Shown here: positions 1 through 9,429 of the stretch, one piece after another
Layout of the letters: each line of letters starts with the position of its first letter
Position numbering within the stretch: position 1 is the first letter of the stretch
Origin: Flammeovirgaceae bacterium
Lineage (GTDB): Bacteria > Bacteroidota > Bacteroidia > Cytophagales > Cyclobacteriaceae
Direction of reading: 5' to 3'
DNA: 64,000 nt
Assembly: GCA_016709845.1 (NCBI GenBank)
Contig: JADJMA010000014.1
Location: 38,365 to 102,364 of the forward strand
Translations under genes and position numbers: made by a program
Notes under the pieces: generated by a model
What the model saw: only the letters and a program-made list of their open reading frames with translations
What the model was told of the DNA's origin: nothing
The model's database searches: none

Positions 1-2
1 AT

Positions 3-548
3 CCAGGGCGGGAGTATGCGCCAAACATGTATCACTCTGTGGCCTACGAGCCTCTGATCCAGATTATGGATGAAGACGCAGGCCGCTGGGTAAATTCATC
101 GGATAAAGACCGGGGCGAATATTACAATTCGAATAACTACAATCCTTTTAAGATGAATATGCGTTTACCGGCTCCCAATACAGTACGCAGAAATGTTCAT
201 GGGTGGCTTCCTTACCGGGCCGGAAACGATACTACCAGTTTGCGGTTAGCTAATAAACTCGTGAATCCATATGAGGCTTCACCTGCTATTTTAGAACAAG
301 GAAAAGTACTCTACGAAATTTATTGCAAGCATTGCCATGGCGCAAAAGGTATGGGTGACGGTAAAGTAGCGGATAAATATCCAGGCGTTGCGAATCTAAA
401 GGGAGATGCGATTAAGGGAGTTACCGAAGGGCATATATTTCATGTGATTACTTACGGAAAGGGTTTGATGGGTGCGCATGGATCGCAAGTGAATGAGGAA
501 GAGCGCTGGAAGATTGCCAAATACGTGAAGGAATTACAAAAGAATTAA
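3..548 (+). CDS. actE: Monoheme cytochrome c, alternative complex III subunit ActE-like (5' truncated by window edge)
   Basis: CKHCH heme motif and distal Met (GLMGAHG); frame open back to position 3 (PGREYAPNMYHS); directly upstream of actF. Confidence 0.8.
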   Translation, partial: PGREYAPNMYHSVAYEPLIQIMDEDAGRWVNSSDKDRGEYYNSNNYNPFKMNMRLPAPNTVRRNVHGWLPYRAGNDTTSLRLANKLVNPYEASPAILEQGKVLYEIYCKHCHGAKGMGDGKVADKYPGVANLKGDAIKGVTEGHIFHVITYGKGLMGAHGSQVNEEERWKIAKYVKELQKN

Positions 549-571
549 TACTTACTAGATATCAAACTAAA

Positions 572-1918
572 ATGATAGCGGACGAACAGTATATTTTTAA
601 ACCCGAAGCAAAAAGGAAACTTTTCATTTTGTTAGCGGTTGGAATACTCCTTTTTGTTATAGGAGTTTTTATGGCAATGAATAGTGGAGAACATGAAGCA
701 GCAGGGGAGCATCATGGATCTTTGGAGATTACCAAAGATCTTGTGGCAAGTACCTCGACTGCCGCGGTTGCCGAAGAAACTTCCGGGCATCATGGAAGTC
801 CCATCTGGCTCAAAAAGATTTATGCAGCCCTGTGGCACAATAATATCTACTTTGCTGGCTTAGGCCTTATCGGATTGTTCTTTGTTGCCATTCAGTATGC
901 ATCACAGGCAGGATGGTCGACTCATATTAATCGAATTCCGTTAGCCATGGGGCAGTGGATACCTGTTGCAGGTATACTTTCGCTCGTAATTTGGTTCGTT
1001 GCGAAAGGGGATTTATTCCATTGGACGCACCCCGATTTATACAACATAGCTTCCCCTGATTATGATAAAGCCCTTGATCAAAAAAGTATTTATTTTTTCT
1101 GGTTGGGTGAGAAGGGTGGGTTTCCCGTATTCTTTATTTTGAGAATGGTAATTTTCTTTGGCCTTTGGTACTGGTTTTTACTCTTAATTAAGAAACACAT
1201 GCTTGCCGAAGACATTGATGGAGGCACACAACATTGGTATGCTGCCAGAAAATACTCGGCTATATTTCTCGTAATCTTCGCTGTTAGCTCTTCAGTAGCT
1301 GCCTGGGATTGGGTAATGAGTATTGACCCACACTGGTTTAGCACCATGTTTGGTTGGTATATCTTTGCCAGTTGGTGGGTTGCTGGGCTAGCCACTATTA
1401 CCCTGATTGTTGTAAACCTTAAAGAGGCAGGCTATTTAAAAATGGTGAATTCAAATCACTTGCATGATCTTGGTAAATTCATTTTCGCCTTCAGTATTTT
1501 CTGGGCGTATATCTGGTTTAGTCAGTTCATGCTGATTTATTATGCCAATATTCCTGAAGAAACGGTTTATTTCATCAATAAACTCAATAATGCGCCATAT
1601 TCCTGGATATTTTATGTCAATCTGATTTTGAACTTCGTTCTTCCGTTCTTATTATTAATGACACGGGATTCCAAACGTCAAATGCCCATGTTATCGATCG
1701 TTTGCCTAATAGTTATCATTGGTCACTGGTTTGATTTTTACAACATGGTTACTCCTGGGGTTATGCAACATAATGGTGGGTTGGGCTTATTGGAAATTGG
1801 GTTAGCACTGGTATTCTTTGCGCTCTTCTTGTTTGTATCACTAAGCGCGCTTTCTAAAATGCCTTTAGTGGCTAAGAATCATCCTATGGTAGAAGAAAGT
1901 TTGCATCACCAGGTTTAA
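572..1918 (+). CDS. actF: Alternative complex III membrane subunit ActF (quinol:cytochrome c oxidoreductase)
   Basis: Multi-TM protein with WDWVMSIDPHWFSTMFGW and YIWFSQFMLIYYANIPEET motifs; context between actE and coxB. Confidence 0.85.
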   Translation: MIADEQYIFKPEAKRKLFILLAVGILLFVIGVFMAMNSGEHEAAGEHHGSLEITKDLVASTSTAAVAEETSGHHGSPIWLKKIYAALWHNNIYFAGLGLIGLFFVAIQYASQAGWSTHINRIPLAMGQWIPVAGILSLVIWFVAKGDLFHWTHPDLYNIASPDYDKALDQKSIYFFWLGEKGGFPVFFILRMVIFFGLWYWFLLLIKKHMLAEDIDGGTQHWYAARKYSAIFLVIFAVSSSVAAWDWVMSIDPHWFSTMFGWYIFASWWVAGLATITLIVVNLKEAGYLKMVNSNHLHDLGKFIFAFSIFWAYIWFSQFMLIYYANIPEETVYFINKLNNAPYSWIFYVNLILNFVLPFLLLMTRDSKRQMPMLSIVCLIVIIGHWFDFYNMVTPGVMQHNGGLGLLEIGLALVFFALFLFVSLSALSKMPLVAKNHPMVEESLHHQV

Positions 1919-1943
1919 TTTGATACACGAATAATACAAGTAT

Positions 1944-3032
1944 ATGATGAGTTTGATAATCGGTTTAGGGGTAGTATTGGTGCTGGTCATCCTATACCTG
2001 ATTTTCCGGATCGGAAATCTGGTAGAATTGATCAAAGGGAAAAATGACGATGTTTCATCCTGGAACACAGTGAATGCCTATTTGATGATGATCTTCATGA
2101 TAGGAAGTTTGGTTTTGTTTGTCTGGTACTCGGTGACCTATTTTGATTCTTATAATTTGCCCGTGGCATCCGATCATGGCGTATTAACGGATTATTTATT
2201 TTGGGTAACGATGGGTATATCTGTGGTCGCCTTTGTTGTTATTAGTATCGCGATGTTTTGGTTTACCTTCAAGTTTCGTTATAACCCTGAAAGAAGAGCC
2301 TCCTTCATGGCCGATGATCATAGACTTGAAATTGTTTGGACGCTCATTCCAGCAGTCGTGTTGGCTCTGTTAATTTTTACTGGACTTCGCGCCTGGAGTG
2401 ACATTACCGGCCCCGCATCAAAAGATGCCGTAGTGATTGAACTTGTTGGTCAGCAATTTTTATGGACGGCCCGGTACCCAGGGGTCAAAGACAGTCAGTT
2501 AGGTAAGCAAAATTATAAACTGATTGATGCCTCCAATGAATTTGGTTTAGACCTTTCCGACAAAAATACTTTCGATGATTTCAAATCTCTTGAACTTCAT
2601 TTACCTAAGGGTAGAGAGGTACAGTTAATGATTCGTGCGAAAGATGTTTTACACAGTGTGTTTCTTCCTCACTTCCGTGTGAAAATGGATGCTGTACCGG
2701 GTATGTCCACTACTTTCAAGTTTACACCCACTAAGTCTACGGCCGACATGCGCGCGGAGACGGGTAATCCAAATTTCAATTATGAAATGGCCTGTGCAGA
2801 AGTTTGTGGGCGCGGTCACTTTTCCATGCGTTTTCCGGTGTTTGTTCATGATACCTATGAAGATTATGAAAAGTGGATGGCGTCTCAAGAGGCCTGGTTA
2901 AAACAAAATCCAGAATATTTACAGCGTGTTCCTGCTTCGCTAAGAGAAGCAGCCATGATCAAAGCCGGTATTCCCATGGATAGTGAAGCGGCCATTATGG
3001 CTTCACCCGTTTCAGTGACAGCTAAATTTTAA
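1944..3032 (+). CDS. coxB: Cytochrome c oxidase subunit II
   Basis: LEIVWT, DVLHS, CuA ligands CAEVCGRGHFSM; no fused cytochrome c. Confidence 0.95.
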   Translation: MMSLIIGLGVVLVLVILYLIFRIGNLVELIKGKNDDVSSWNTVNAYLMMIFMIGSLVLFVWYSVTYFDSYNLPVASDHGVLTDYLFWVTMGISVVAFVVISIAMFWFTFKFRYNPERRASFMADDHRLEIVWTLIPAVVLALLIFTGLRAWSDITGPASKDAVVIELVGQQFLWTARYPGVKDSQLGKQNYKLIDASNEFGLDLSDKNTFDDFKSLELHLPKGREVQLMIRAKDVLHSVFLPHFRVKMDAVPGMSTTFKFTPTKSTADMRAETGNPNFNYEMACAEVCGRGHFSMRFPVFVHDTYEDYEKWMASQEAWLKQNPEYLQRVPASLREAAMIKAGIPMDSEAAIMASPVSVTAKF

Positions 3033-3049
3033 TTAAAGATATTCTAAGC

Positions 3050-4930
3050 ATGGCAACAATAGATATACATCCACAAACGACCACACACCACGATGACCAT
3101 GGCCATGATGACCATGAACATCATGGAAATTTCTGGACTAATTATGTTTTTTCCGAAGATCATAAGGTAATTGCAAAGCAATTCCTGATAACTGGTATGG
3201 TGTGGGCGCTGATAGGCGGTACCTTGTCGGTTTTGTTTCGTTTACAACTAGGCTTCCCAGAAGCGGATTTATCTTGGTTGAAACCCATATTGGGTGGCTG
3301 GTTGACACCAGAGGGAAAAATTGACCCTGAATTTTATTTGGCTTTGGTAACGATGCATGGAACCATCATGGTATTCTTTGTGCTTACTGCCGGATTGAGT
3401 GGTACATTTAGTAACTTCTTGATTCCACTTCAAATAGGCGCTCGCGATATGGCGAGTGGTTTTATGAACATGTTGTCATACTGGTTCTTCTTTGCATCCA
3501 GTGCAATTATGTTCACTTCATTATTCATATCTACCGGCCCAGCCTCCGGAGGCTGGGTAATCTATCCGCCTTTAAGCGCATTGCCACAGGCTATGAGCGG
3601 CTCGGGCTTGGGTATGACGTTATGGCTTGTAGCAATGGCATTGTTTATTGTGAGCTCGTTGTTGGGGGGCATCAATTATATCACAACAATAATAAACTTG
3701 CGAACTAAAGGAATGTCTTTTACAAAGCTTCCATTAACCATTTGGGCGTTTTTCTTTACGGCTATTATAGGTCTACTGTCCTTTCCGGTATTATTCGCTG
3801 CAGCCTTGTTATTAATTTTTGATCGTAGTTTCGGTACAAGTTTCTACCTCTCCGATATTTATATTGGAGGTGAGGCGCTGCCCAATCAGGGTGGAAGTCC
3901 GATTCTGTTTCAGCATTTATTCTGGTTCCTGGGCCATCCGGAAGTTTACATTGTGTTATTACCGGCATTAGGTATTACCTCAGAAATTATTTCTACCAAT
4001 TCGCGCAAGCCGATTTTTGGATACAAGGCAATGGTGGGTTCTATGATGTTTATTACAATTCTATCGTTTGTTGTATGGGCTCATCACATGTTTGTAACAG
4101 GTATGAATCCATTTTTAGGATCTATTTTCACCATACTCACACTGATTATTGCGGTGCCTTCGGCCGTTAAGATTTTTAATTATGTGACTACTCTTTGGAA
4201 AGGTAATATTCGGTTTACTGCTGCTATGTTGTTTTCCATCGGTATGGTTTCATTCTTCCTTACGGGTGGTATCACCGGCATTTTTGTTGGTAACTCAGCA
4301 ATCGATATTCAATTGCATGATACGTACTTTATAGTAGCGCACTTTCACTTGGTAATGGGCAGTGCCTCATTCTTTGGTATGTTGGCTGGTGTTTACCATT
4401 GGTTCCCTAAAATGTTTGGTCGTATGATGAATGAGAAACTAGGCTACATCCATTTCTGGATAACCTTTGTAGGTGTCTACCTGGTGTTCTTCCCTATGCA
4501 TTACATTGGTATTGCTGGCTTTCCAAGACGTTATTATAGCTGGACCAACTTTGAAACCTTCAGTGGTTTTGCTGACTTGAACATGTTAGTGAGTGCTGCA
4601 GCCATCATGACCTTAACAGCCCAGTTTATTTTCTTGTTCAATTTTATCTACAGCATTTTCCGTGGTAAAGTGGCTCCCGCTAATCCTTGGGGTTCGAATG
4701 CACTGGAATGGACAACTCCAAGACACCCAGGACACGGTAATTGGCCTGGTGAGATTCCAACTGTATATCGTTGGCCTTATGATTACAGTAAACCCGGTGC
4801 AAAAGATGATTTTATCCCTCAGAACATTCCGTACTCAGAAACACCAGAATCCAATCTTCCTCATGAGAATGAGCTTATTAAGTTAGAGATGAATGAAGGA
4901 GTTATAGTGGCTGAGGATAATAAGCACTGA
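3050..4930 (+). CDS. coxA: Cytochrome c oxidase subunit I (type A1 heme-copper oxidase)
   Basis: GHPEVY, WAHH, AHFH motifs; His-rich N-terminus. Confidence 0.97.
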   Translation: MATIDIHPQTTTHHDDHGHDDHEHHGNFWTNYVFSEDHKVIAKQFLITGMVWALIGGTLSVLFRLQLGFPEADLSWLKPILGGWLTPEGKIDPEFYLALVTMHGTIMVFFVLTAGLSGTFSNFLIPLQIGARDMASGFMNMLSYWFFFASSAIMFTSLFISTGPASGGWVIYPPLSALPQAMSGSGLGMTLWLVAMALFIVSSLLGGINYITTIINLRTKGMSFTKLPLTIWAFFFTAIIGLLSFPVLFAAALLLIFDRSFGTSFYLSDIYIGGEALPNQGGSPILFQHLFWFLGHPEVYIVLLPALGITSEIISTNSRKPIFGYKAMVGSMMFITILSFVVWAHHMFVTGMNPFLGSIFTILTLIIAVPSAVKIFNYVTTLWKGNIRFTAAMLFSIGMVSFFLTGGITGIFVGNSAIDIQLHDTYFIVAHFHLVMGSASFFGMLAGVYHWFPKMFGRMMNEKLGYIHFWITFVGVYLVFFPMHYIGIAGFPRRYYSWTNFETFSGFADLNMLVSAAAIMTLTAQFIFLFNFIYSIFRGKVAPANPWGSNALEWTTPRHPGHGNWPGEIPTVYRWPYDYSKPGAKDDFIPQNIPYSETPESNLPHENELIKLEMNEGVIVAEDNKH

Positions 4931-4946
4931 TAAAAATAGAATCTTG

Positions 4947-5008
4947 ACCCAAACAGCGACCCGAGGATTTCATAAGCTTTGCTTATCTACTCTGGTCTCT
5001 GTTTGGGT
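4947..5008 (+). terminator. Long imperfect hairpin after coxA (terminator or mRNA stability/processing element)
   Basis: ACCCAAACAG (4947-4956) pairs with CTGTTTGGGT (4999-5008); inner GACC/GGTC and ATAAGC-ttt-GCTTAT. Confidence 0.5.
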
Positions 5009-5087
5009 TCTACTGTCACATTTGGAATTCAGTCTTTGTTATTTCTGAGACTTAAAACAAATTCTGTAAACGGGTTAATGTGTTAAT

Positions 5088-5984
5088 ATGAATTCGAGTA
5101 CTTCAACTATCTCCGTAATAACAATGGCCCTTATTAAGTTAAGAGCCTTTACTGAGTTATTGAAGCCGAGGTTGTCCTTGCTGGTTGCGTTTTCTTGCGC
5201 CTTTGGTTATGGATTGGCCAGTCATGGCAATATAAATTGGACAACCCTTTTCATACTCACTTTTTCAGGATTTCTACTTTCGGGAGCTTCCGTTACTATC
5301 AACCAAATTATTGAAAAAGACCTTGATTGTTTAATGAAGCGAACCTTAAACCGGCCTTTGCCAACGGGAAGAATAACCGTAAATGAAGCAACTGCTTTTG
5401 CTATCTTATGTTTGCTTGTTAGCCTGGTGTTGCTCTGGGTGTTCACCAATCCGCTTACTGTTGCGCTTTCATTTGTTTCTATGGTGTTGTATAGCTTTGT
5501 TTATACTCCACTGAAGCGGGTAGGTCCAATCGCTGTTTTTGTAGGTGCAATTCCTGGAGCTCTACCTCCTTTGTTGGGTTGGGTAGCTGCAACGGGGGCA
5601 ATTTCATACGAGGCGTTAATAATTTTTGGAATTCAGTTTATCTGGCAGTTTCCACACTTCTGGGCAATTGCGTGGGTGTCGGATGATGATTATAAAAAGG
5701 CCGGATTTAAATTACTACCTTCTGGAGGAGGCAAAGATCATAATACCTCCATTCAAATAACGATCTATACTTTATTCTTAATTCCGTTGGGGCTATTACC
5801 TGCTAAATTTGGAATTACCGGTTTAGACTCAGCGATAGTGGCTACGGTATGCGGAGTAGCCTTTTTAGCTCAGACCCTTTCATTAATGAAAACAGGTAGT
5901 AGGCAGTCCGCTTTACGAATAATGTTTGGTTCGTTTTTATACCTGCCTATTGTGCAGATCGCTTACTTGTTGGATAAAATTTAA
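5088..5984 (+). CDS. cyoE: Protoheme IX farnesyltransferase (heme o synthase)
   Basis: LLKPR, NQIIEKDLDCLMKRTLNRPLP, YTPLKR, WQFPHFWAI motifs. Confidence 0.95.
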   Translation: MNSSTSTISVITMALIKLRAFTELLKPRLSLLVAFSCAFGYGLASHGNINWTTLFILTFSGFLLSGASVTINQIIEKDLDCLMKRTLNRPLPTGRITVNEATAFAILCLLVSLVLLWVFTNPLTVALSFVSMVLYSFVYTPLKRVGPIAVFVGAIPGALPPLLGWVAATGAISYEALIIFGIQFIWQFPHFWAIAWVSDDDYKKAGFKLLPSGGGKDHNTSIQITIYTLFLIPLGLLPAKFGITGLDSAIVATVCGVAFLAQTLSLMKTGSRQSALRIMFGSFLYLPIVQIAYLLDKI

Positions 5985-5996
5985 TGTGAAATAGAT

Positions 5997-6590
5997 ATGG
6001 AGAAGTCAGTGTCAGCAGATTTTAAAATAGTAGAAGAACCCAGGAAAATCTTGGCCATGAATCCAAAGAAATTTGCGATGTGGCTATTTATCGGAAGTGT
6101 AGGAATGTTATTTGCCGCACTTACCTCGGCTTATATAGTACGGCAGGCCGAAGGCAATTGGTTGTATTTTGACCTTCCCCAAATATTCACAATATCTACC
6201 GTGGTGATTGTGCTAAGCAGTATCACCATGCAATGGGCGTATTGGTCCGCAAAAAAAGATAATCTTTCGATGGTAAAGATTATGGTAACAATAACTAGCC
6301 TATTGGGTCTCGTGTTTCTGGTGCTTCAGTTTGAGGGTTGGAAGGCATTGGTAGCTGAGCAGGTTTATCTGGTGGGTAATCCTTCAGGCTCGTTTCTATA
6401 TATCATTTCAGGCCTGCATGGACTCCATCTGGTCAGTGCAGTCATTTACCTGCTAATTGTATTGGTTTCTACCTATCGCTATAAGGTTCATTCGCAGAAT
6501 TTATCCCAGATTGAAATGTGTACAACATACTGGCATTTTTTGGGCGGCCTTTGGCTATATTTGTTTGTATTCCTATTATTGTATCGATAA
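5997..6590 (+). CDS. Cytochrome c oxidase subunit III family protein (copy 1)
   Basis: GLHGLH and YWHFLGGLW motifs. Confidence 0.9.
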   Translation: MEKSVSADFKIVEEPRKILAMNPKKFAMWLFIGSVGMLFAALTSAYIVRQAEGNWLYFDLPQIFTISTVVIVLSSITMQWAYWSAKKDNLSMVKIMVTITSLLGLVFLVLQFEGWKALVAEQVYLVGNPSGSFLYIISGLHGLHLVSAVIYLLIVLVSTYRYKVHSQNLSQIEMCTTYWHFLGGLWLYLFVFLLLYR

Positions 6591-6615
6591 AAGATTTAAA
6601 ACATAATTACTGATT

Positions 6616-7362
6616 ATGGCACATAGTACAGCCACTGCAGCACAAGGACAAAGCGTTTGGGATGGCGGAGTTTCACCCATGGGCGCCAGCTATGGCAAGC
6701 TCATGATGTGGTTCTTTCTACTTTCTGATACATTCACTTTTTCTAGTTTGCTGATCACGTATGGATTGATTCGTTCCTCCCACCCGACATTTGAAGGGCT
6801 TGTTGATTCATTTAAATTCTCTACTGAATACTGGCCTATTCCTGAAAAGGTTTTTGAGGCTATTCCGTTTTACCATGGAATGCCGCTGCCTTTAGTGTTC
6901 GTTGGTTTCATGACTTTTGTCCTTATCATGAGTTCTGTAACTATGGTATTGGCCGTTGAAGCTGGCCATCGTATGGATAAAAGGGCTGTTGAAAAATGGA
7001 TGCTCTGGACAATTGTAGGAGGTATTACTTTCCTCAGCTGCCAAGCTTGGGAGTGGAGTCACTTTATTCATGGTGCTCTTTCTGGCGATGCTGTGGCTGA
7101 AGGAACGCAGTATTTTGGTGCTAGTTTGAAACAAAATCAATATGGTCCACAAGCTTTTGCAGATTTCTTTTTCTTTATTATTGGCTTCCACGGTTTCCAC
7201 GTTTTTAGTGGGGTTTTGTTAAACTTCCTGATTTATTATAATACCGTTACCGGAATTTATCAGCGCAGAGGCCATTATGAAATGGTGGAGAAGGTAGGTT
7301 TGTATTGGCACTTTGTGGATTTAGTTTGGGTATTTGTATTTACATTCTTTTATCTGGTTTAA
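6616..7362 (+). CDS. Cytochrome c oxidase subunit III family protein (copy 2)
   Basis: MMWFFLLSD, GFHGFHV, YWHFVDLVW motifs. Confidence 0.92.
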   Translation: MAHSTATAAQGQSVWDGGVSPMGASYGKLMMWFFLLSDTFTFSSLLITYGLIRSSHPTFEGLVDSFKFSTEYWPIPEKVFEAIPFYHGMPLPLVFVGFMTFVLIMSSVTMVLAVEAGHRMDKRAVEKWMLWTIVGGITFLSCQAWEWSHFIHGALSGDAVAEGTQYFGASLKQNQYGPQAFADFFFFIIGFHGFHVFSGVLLNFLIYYNTVTGIYQRRGHYEMVEKVGLYWHFVDLVWVFVFTFFYLV

Positions 7363-7377
7363 TAAAAGTTAACGCAT

Positions 7378-7704
7378 ATGGCACATCATTCTTACGAACC
7401 TCAGGTTACTGTACTTCCTCCTAATAAGGAAAAAATTAAAAAGCTCTGGACTGTAGCCGGCATTTTAGGAGCCGTTACCTGTGTGGAGTTTATCATAGCA
7501 TTCTCTATGCCGCATGGAGCGGCAAAAACTTCTTTGTTTGTAATCCTCACGATTGTGAAGGCTGGCTACATTGTAGGTGAATTCATGCACCTGAAGTATG
7601 AAGTTAAAGTTTTGTTTTGGGCTGTTCTTCTACCTATTGTACTTATTATATGGATGCTCATTGCTTTTATTTATGAAGGAATGAAAATGCCTGTCTTTAA
7701 CTAA
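7378..7704 (+). CDS. Cytochrome c oxidase subunit IV family protein
   Basis: Three TM helices; KAGYIVGEFMHLKYE motif; operon position. Confidence 0.88.
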   Translation: MAHHSYEPQVTVLPPNKEKIKKLWTVAGILGAVTCVEFIIAFSMPHGAAKTSLFVILTIVKAGYIVGEFMHLKYEVKVLFWAVLLPIVLIIWMLIAFIYEGMKMPVFN

Positions 7705-7723
7705 CCCTTTCAAAATATAATTT

Positions 7724-7761
7724 AAAAGAAGGCTAAAGTGATGAACTTTAGCCTTCTTTTT
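7724..7761 (+). terminator. Rho-independent terminator, likely bidirectional
   Basis: AAAAGAAGGCTAAAGT-gatga-ACTTTAGCCTTCTTTT perfect inverted repeat with T tail. Confidence 0.85.
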
Positions 7762-7778
7762 ATGTTGCCCTTATCATC

Positions 7779-8267
7779 ATGTCAAAAAAATTTATCTACC
7801 TGTTATTAGCATTGATTCTCCCTGTAGGCGTTTTTATTTTCCTAAGGTCGTTCGGCAAAAACGAATTTGCTATACCGATTTATTACGAGCACGGGGTTGA
7901 AGACCAAAGGCCGGGTTGCCTGTATGCGTACTCAGCACCTTACCGTGTACCGGATTCGATTATGCTTCAAATAGGAAGAACCACCAATAAACCAGTTTTG
8001 TTGATGGCTGACACCTCATCAAGAGTGATAGTTGGATTAAAACGCATGGCCGAAGAGTTTGAGCCAACGGACTTTCAACTTCTATATTCAGGTAATGACA
8101 GTGCCACCTGGGATCACTGGTGTGCTTGCTTTTTCTTTCTTCATAAACCCTGGACAGCAGTGCTGATCGATTCAGAGAATCGCATACGAGGATATTACTC
8201 ACCGAACACACGTGAAGAAACAGATCGCATGATTGTTGAAATGAAAATTTTACTAAAGAAATACTAG
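7779..8267 (+). CDS. Short SCO/SenC-like membrane-anchored protein
   Basis: N-terminal TM anchor; C-terminal VLIDSENRIRGYY typical of SCO proteins; lies between cox IV and DUF420; no CxxxC. Confidence 0.55.
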   Translation: MSKKFIYLLLALILPVGVFIFLRSFGKNEFAIPIYYEHGVEDQRPGCLYAYSAPYRVPDSIMLQIGRTTNKPVLLMADTSSRVIVGLKRMAEEFEPTDFQLLYSGNDSATWDHWCACFFFLHKPWTAVLIDSENRIRGYYSPNTREETDRMIVEMKILLKKY

Positions 8268-8268
8268 G

Positions 8269-8784
8269 ATGCCAGCCAGTAAAATATCCCAGAGATTAAT
8301 TATTGGGTTATCGATAGCCATTCCACTATTTGTGGCGATTCTCTTTAGGGTGAAGATACAGGGGTATGACTTGCATTTTTTGCCACCTATTTACGCTACG
8401 ATAAACGGGCTAACCGCGGTGTTACTTTTGGTGGCTGTGTTTGCCATTAAAAATGGGAAAAGAAAACTTCATGAGAACCTGATGAAGATCTGTATAAGTT
8501 TATCAGTGACATTTCTGATTATGTACGTTTTATACCACATGACCAGCGACTCAACTTCGTATGGAGGAACGGGCACGTTGAAAATTGTTTATTATTTTAT
8601 TCTGATAAGCCACATTCTGTTATCGGTGATGGTTGTTCCTTTTGTTCTAATTACCTTTTCTAGGGCCCTTAATGGTGATTTTGAAAAGCATAAGGCTTTG
8701 GCTAAATTTACATTTCCAATTTGGCTCTACGTAGCGCTGACAGGTGTTGTTGTTTACATTATGATTAGTCCCTACTATGTTTAG
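8269..8784 (+). CDS. DUF420 family membrane protein (CtaM/YozB-like oxidase assembly factor)
   Basis: Four TMs; FLIMYVLYH, LISHILLS, H..LAKFTFPIWLYVALTGVVVY. Confidence 0.85.
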   Translation: MPASKISQRLIIGLSIAIPLFVAILFRVKIQGYDLHFLPPIYATINGLTAVLLLVAVFAIKNGKRKLHENLMKICISLSVTFLIMYVLYHMTSDSTSYGGTGTLKIVYYFILISHILLSVMVVPFVLITFSRALNGDFEKHKALAKFTFPIWLYVALTGVVVYIMISPYYV

Positions 8785-8802
8785 TAAATCAGTTGTAATA
8801 AA

Positions 8803-9074
8803 ATGAATATAAGGATGTTGAAGAAGCAAATAATTACAGCGGTAACTTTAGTATTTGTATCGCTCTCAGCAAATGCACAATGTGCCATGTGCAGAGCTGC
8901 TTTAGAAAATAATGTGAGCAATGGAAACATCGGAATAGCGGCAGGAATTAATTTTGGGATCTTATATTTGTTTGTTGCACCATACGCAGTGATAGCAATC
9001 ATTGCCTTTTTTTGGTATCGTGCAAGTAAAACCAACAGCAAAAATGAACTCCTTAAGCGCAGTATGGCGAGTAA
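8803..9074 (+). CDS. Small signal-peptide/TM protein with AQCAMC motif
   Basis: Signal peptide then QCAMCRA and GINFGILYL TM; restoring one T near 9065 gives stop TAA at 9072-9074. Confidence 0.7.
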
Positions 9075-9399
9075 GTGCCCCCGGTGTAAAAAAGGAGATA
9101 TCTTCCATTACCCACTGACTCGTATTTCTAAGTTTTCAGAAATGAATAGTCATTGCCCTCAATGTCAGGTATCCTTTACACCTGAACCCGGCTTTTACTT
9201 CGGAGCACTCTTTATAAGCTATGCTTTCAATGTTGCGATTATGGTGACAATTTCTATTCTACTCTATTTCTTTATCCATCCACCTGATTGGGTCTACGGA
9301 GCTTCTCTAGTAACTGTATCTATCATTTTTATTCCCTTCAGCTTCCGTTACTCCAGAATACTATTTCTCTATGGGTTTGGCGGTCTTCAAAGTAGGTAA
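9044..9399 (+). CDS. DUF983 family protein (two CxxC, two TM)
   Basis: KCPRC, HCPQC, PEPGFYFGA; ATG at 9044 (MNSLSAV) joins the frame with a one-base correction. Confidence 0.75.
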
Positions 9400-9429
9400 T
9401 CTTAGTATAGATTTTCTTATTTTTAAGTA

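Noticed and set aside
8803-9399. Apparent 198-aa fusion of the QCAMC protein with DUF983
   Set aside because: Adding one T near 9065 stops the first gene at 9074 and puts ATG 9044 in frame with DUF983; best explained as an indel artefact
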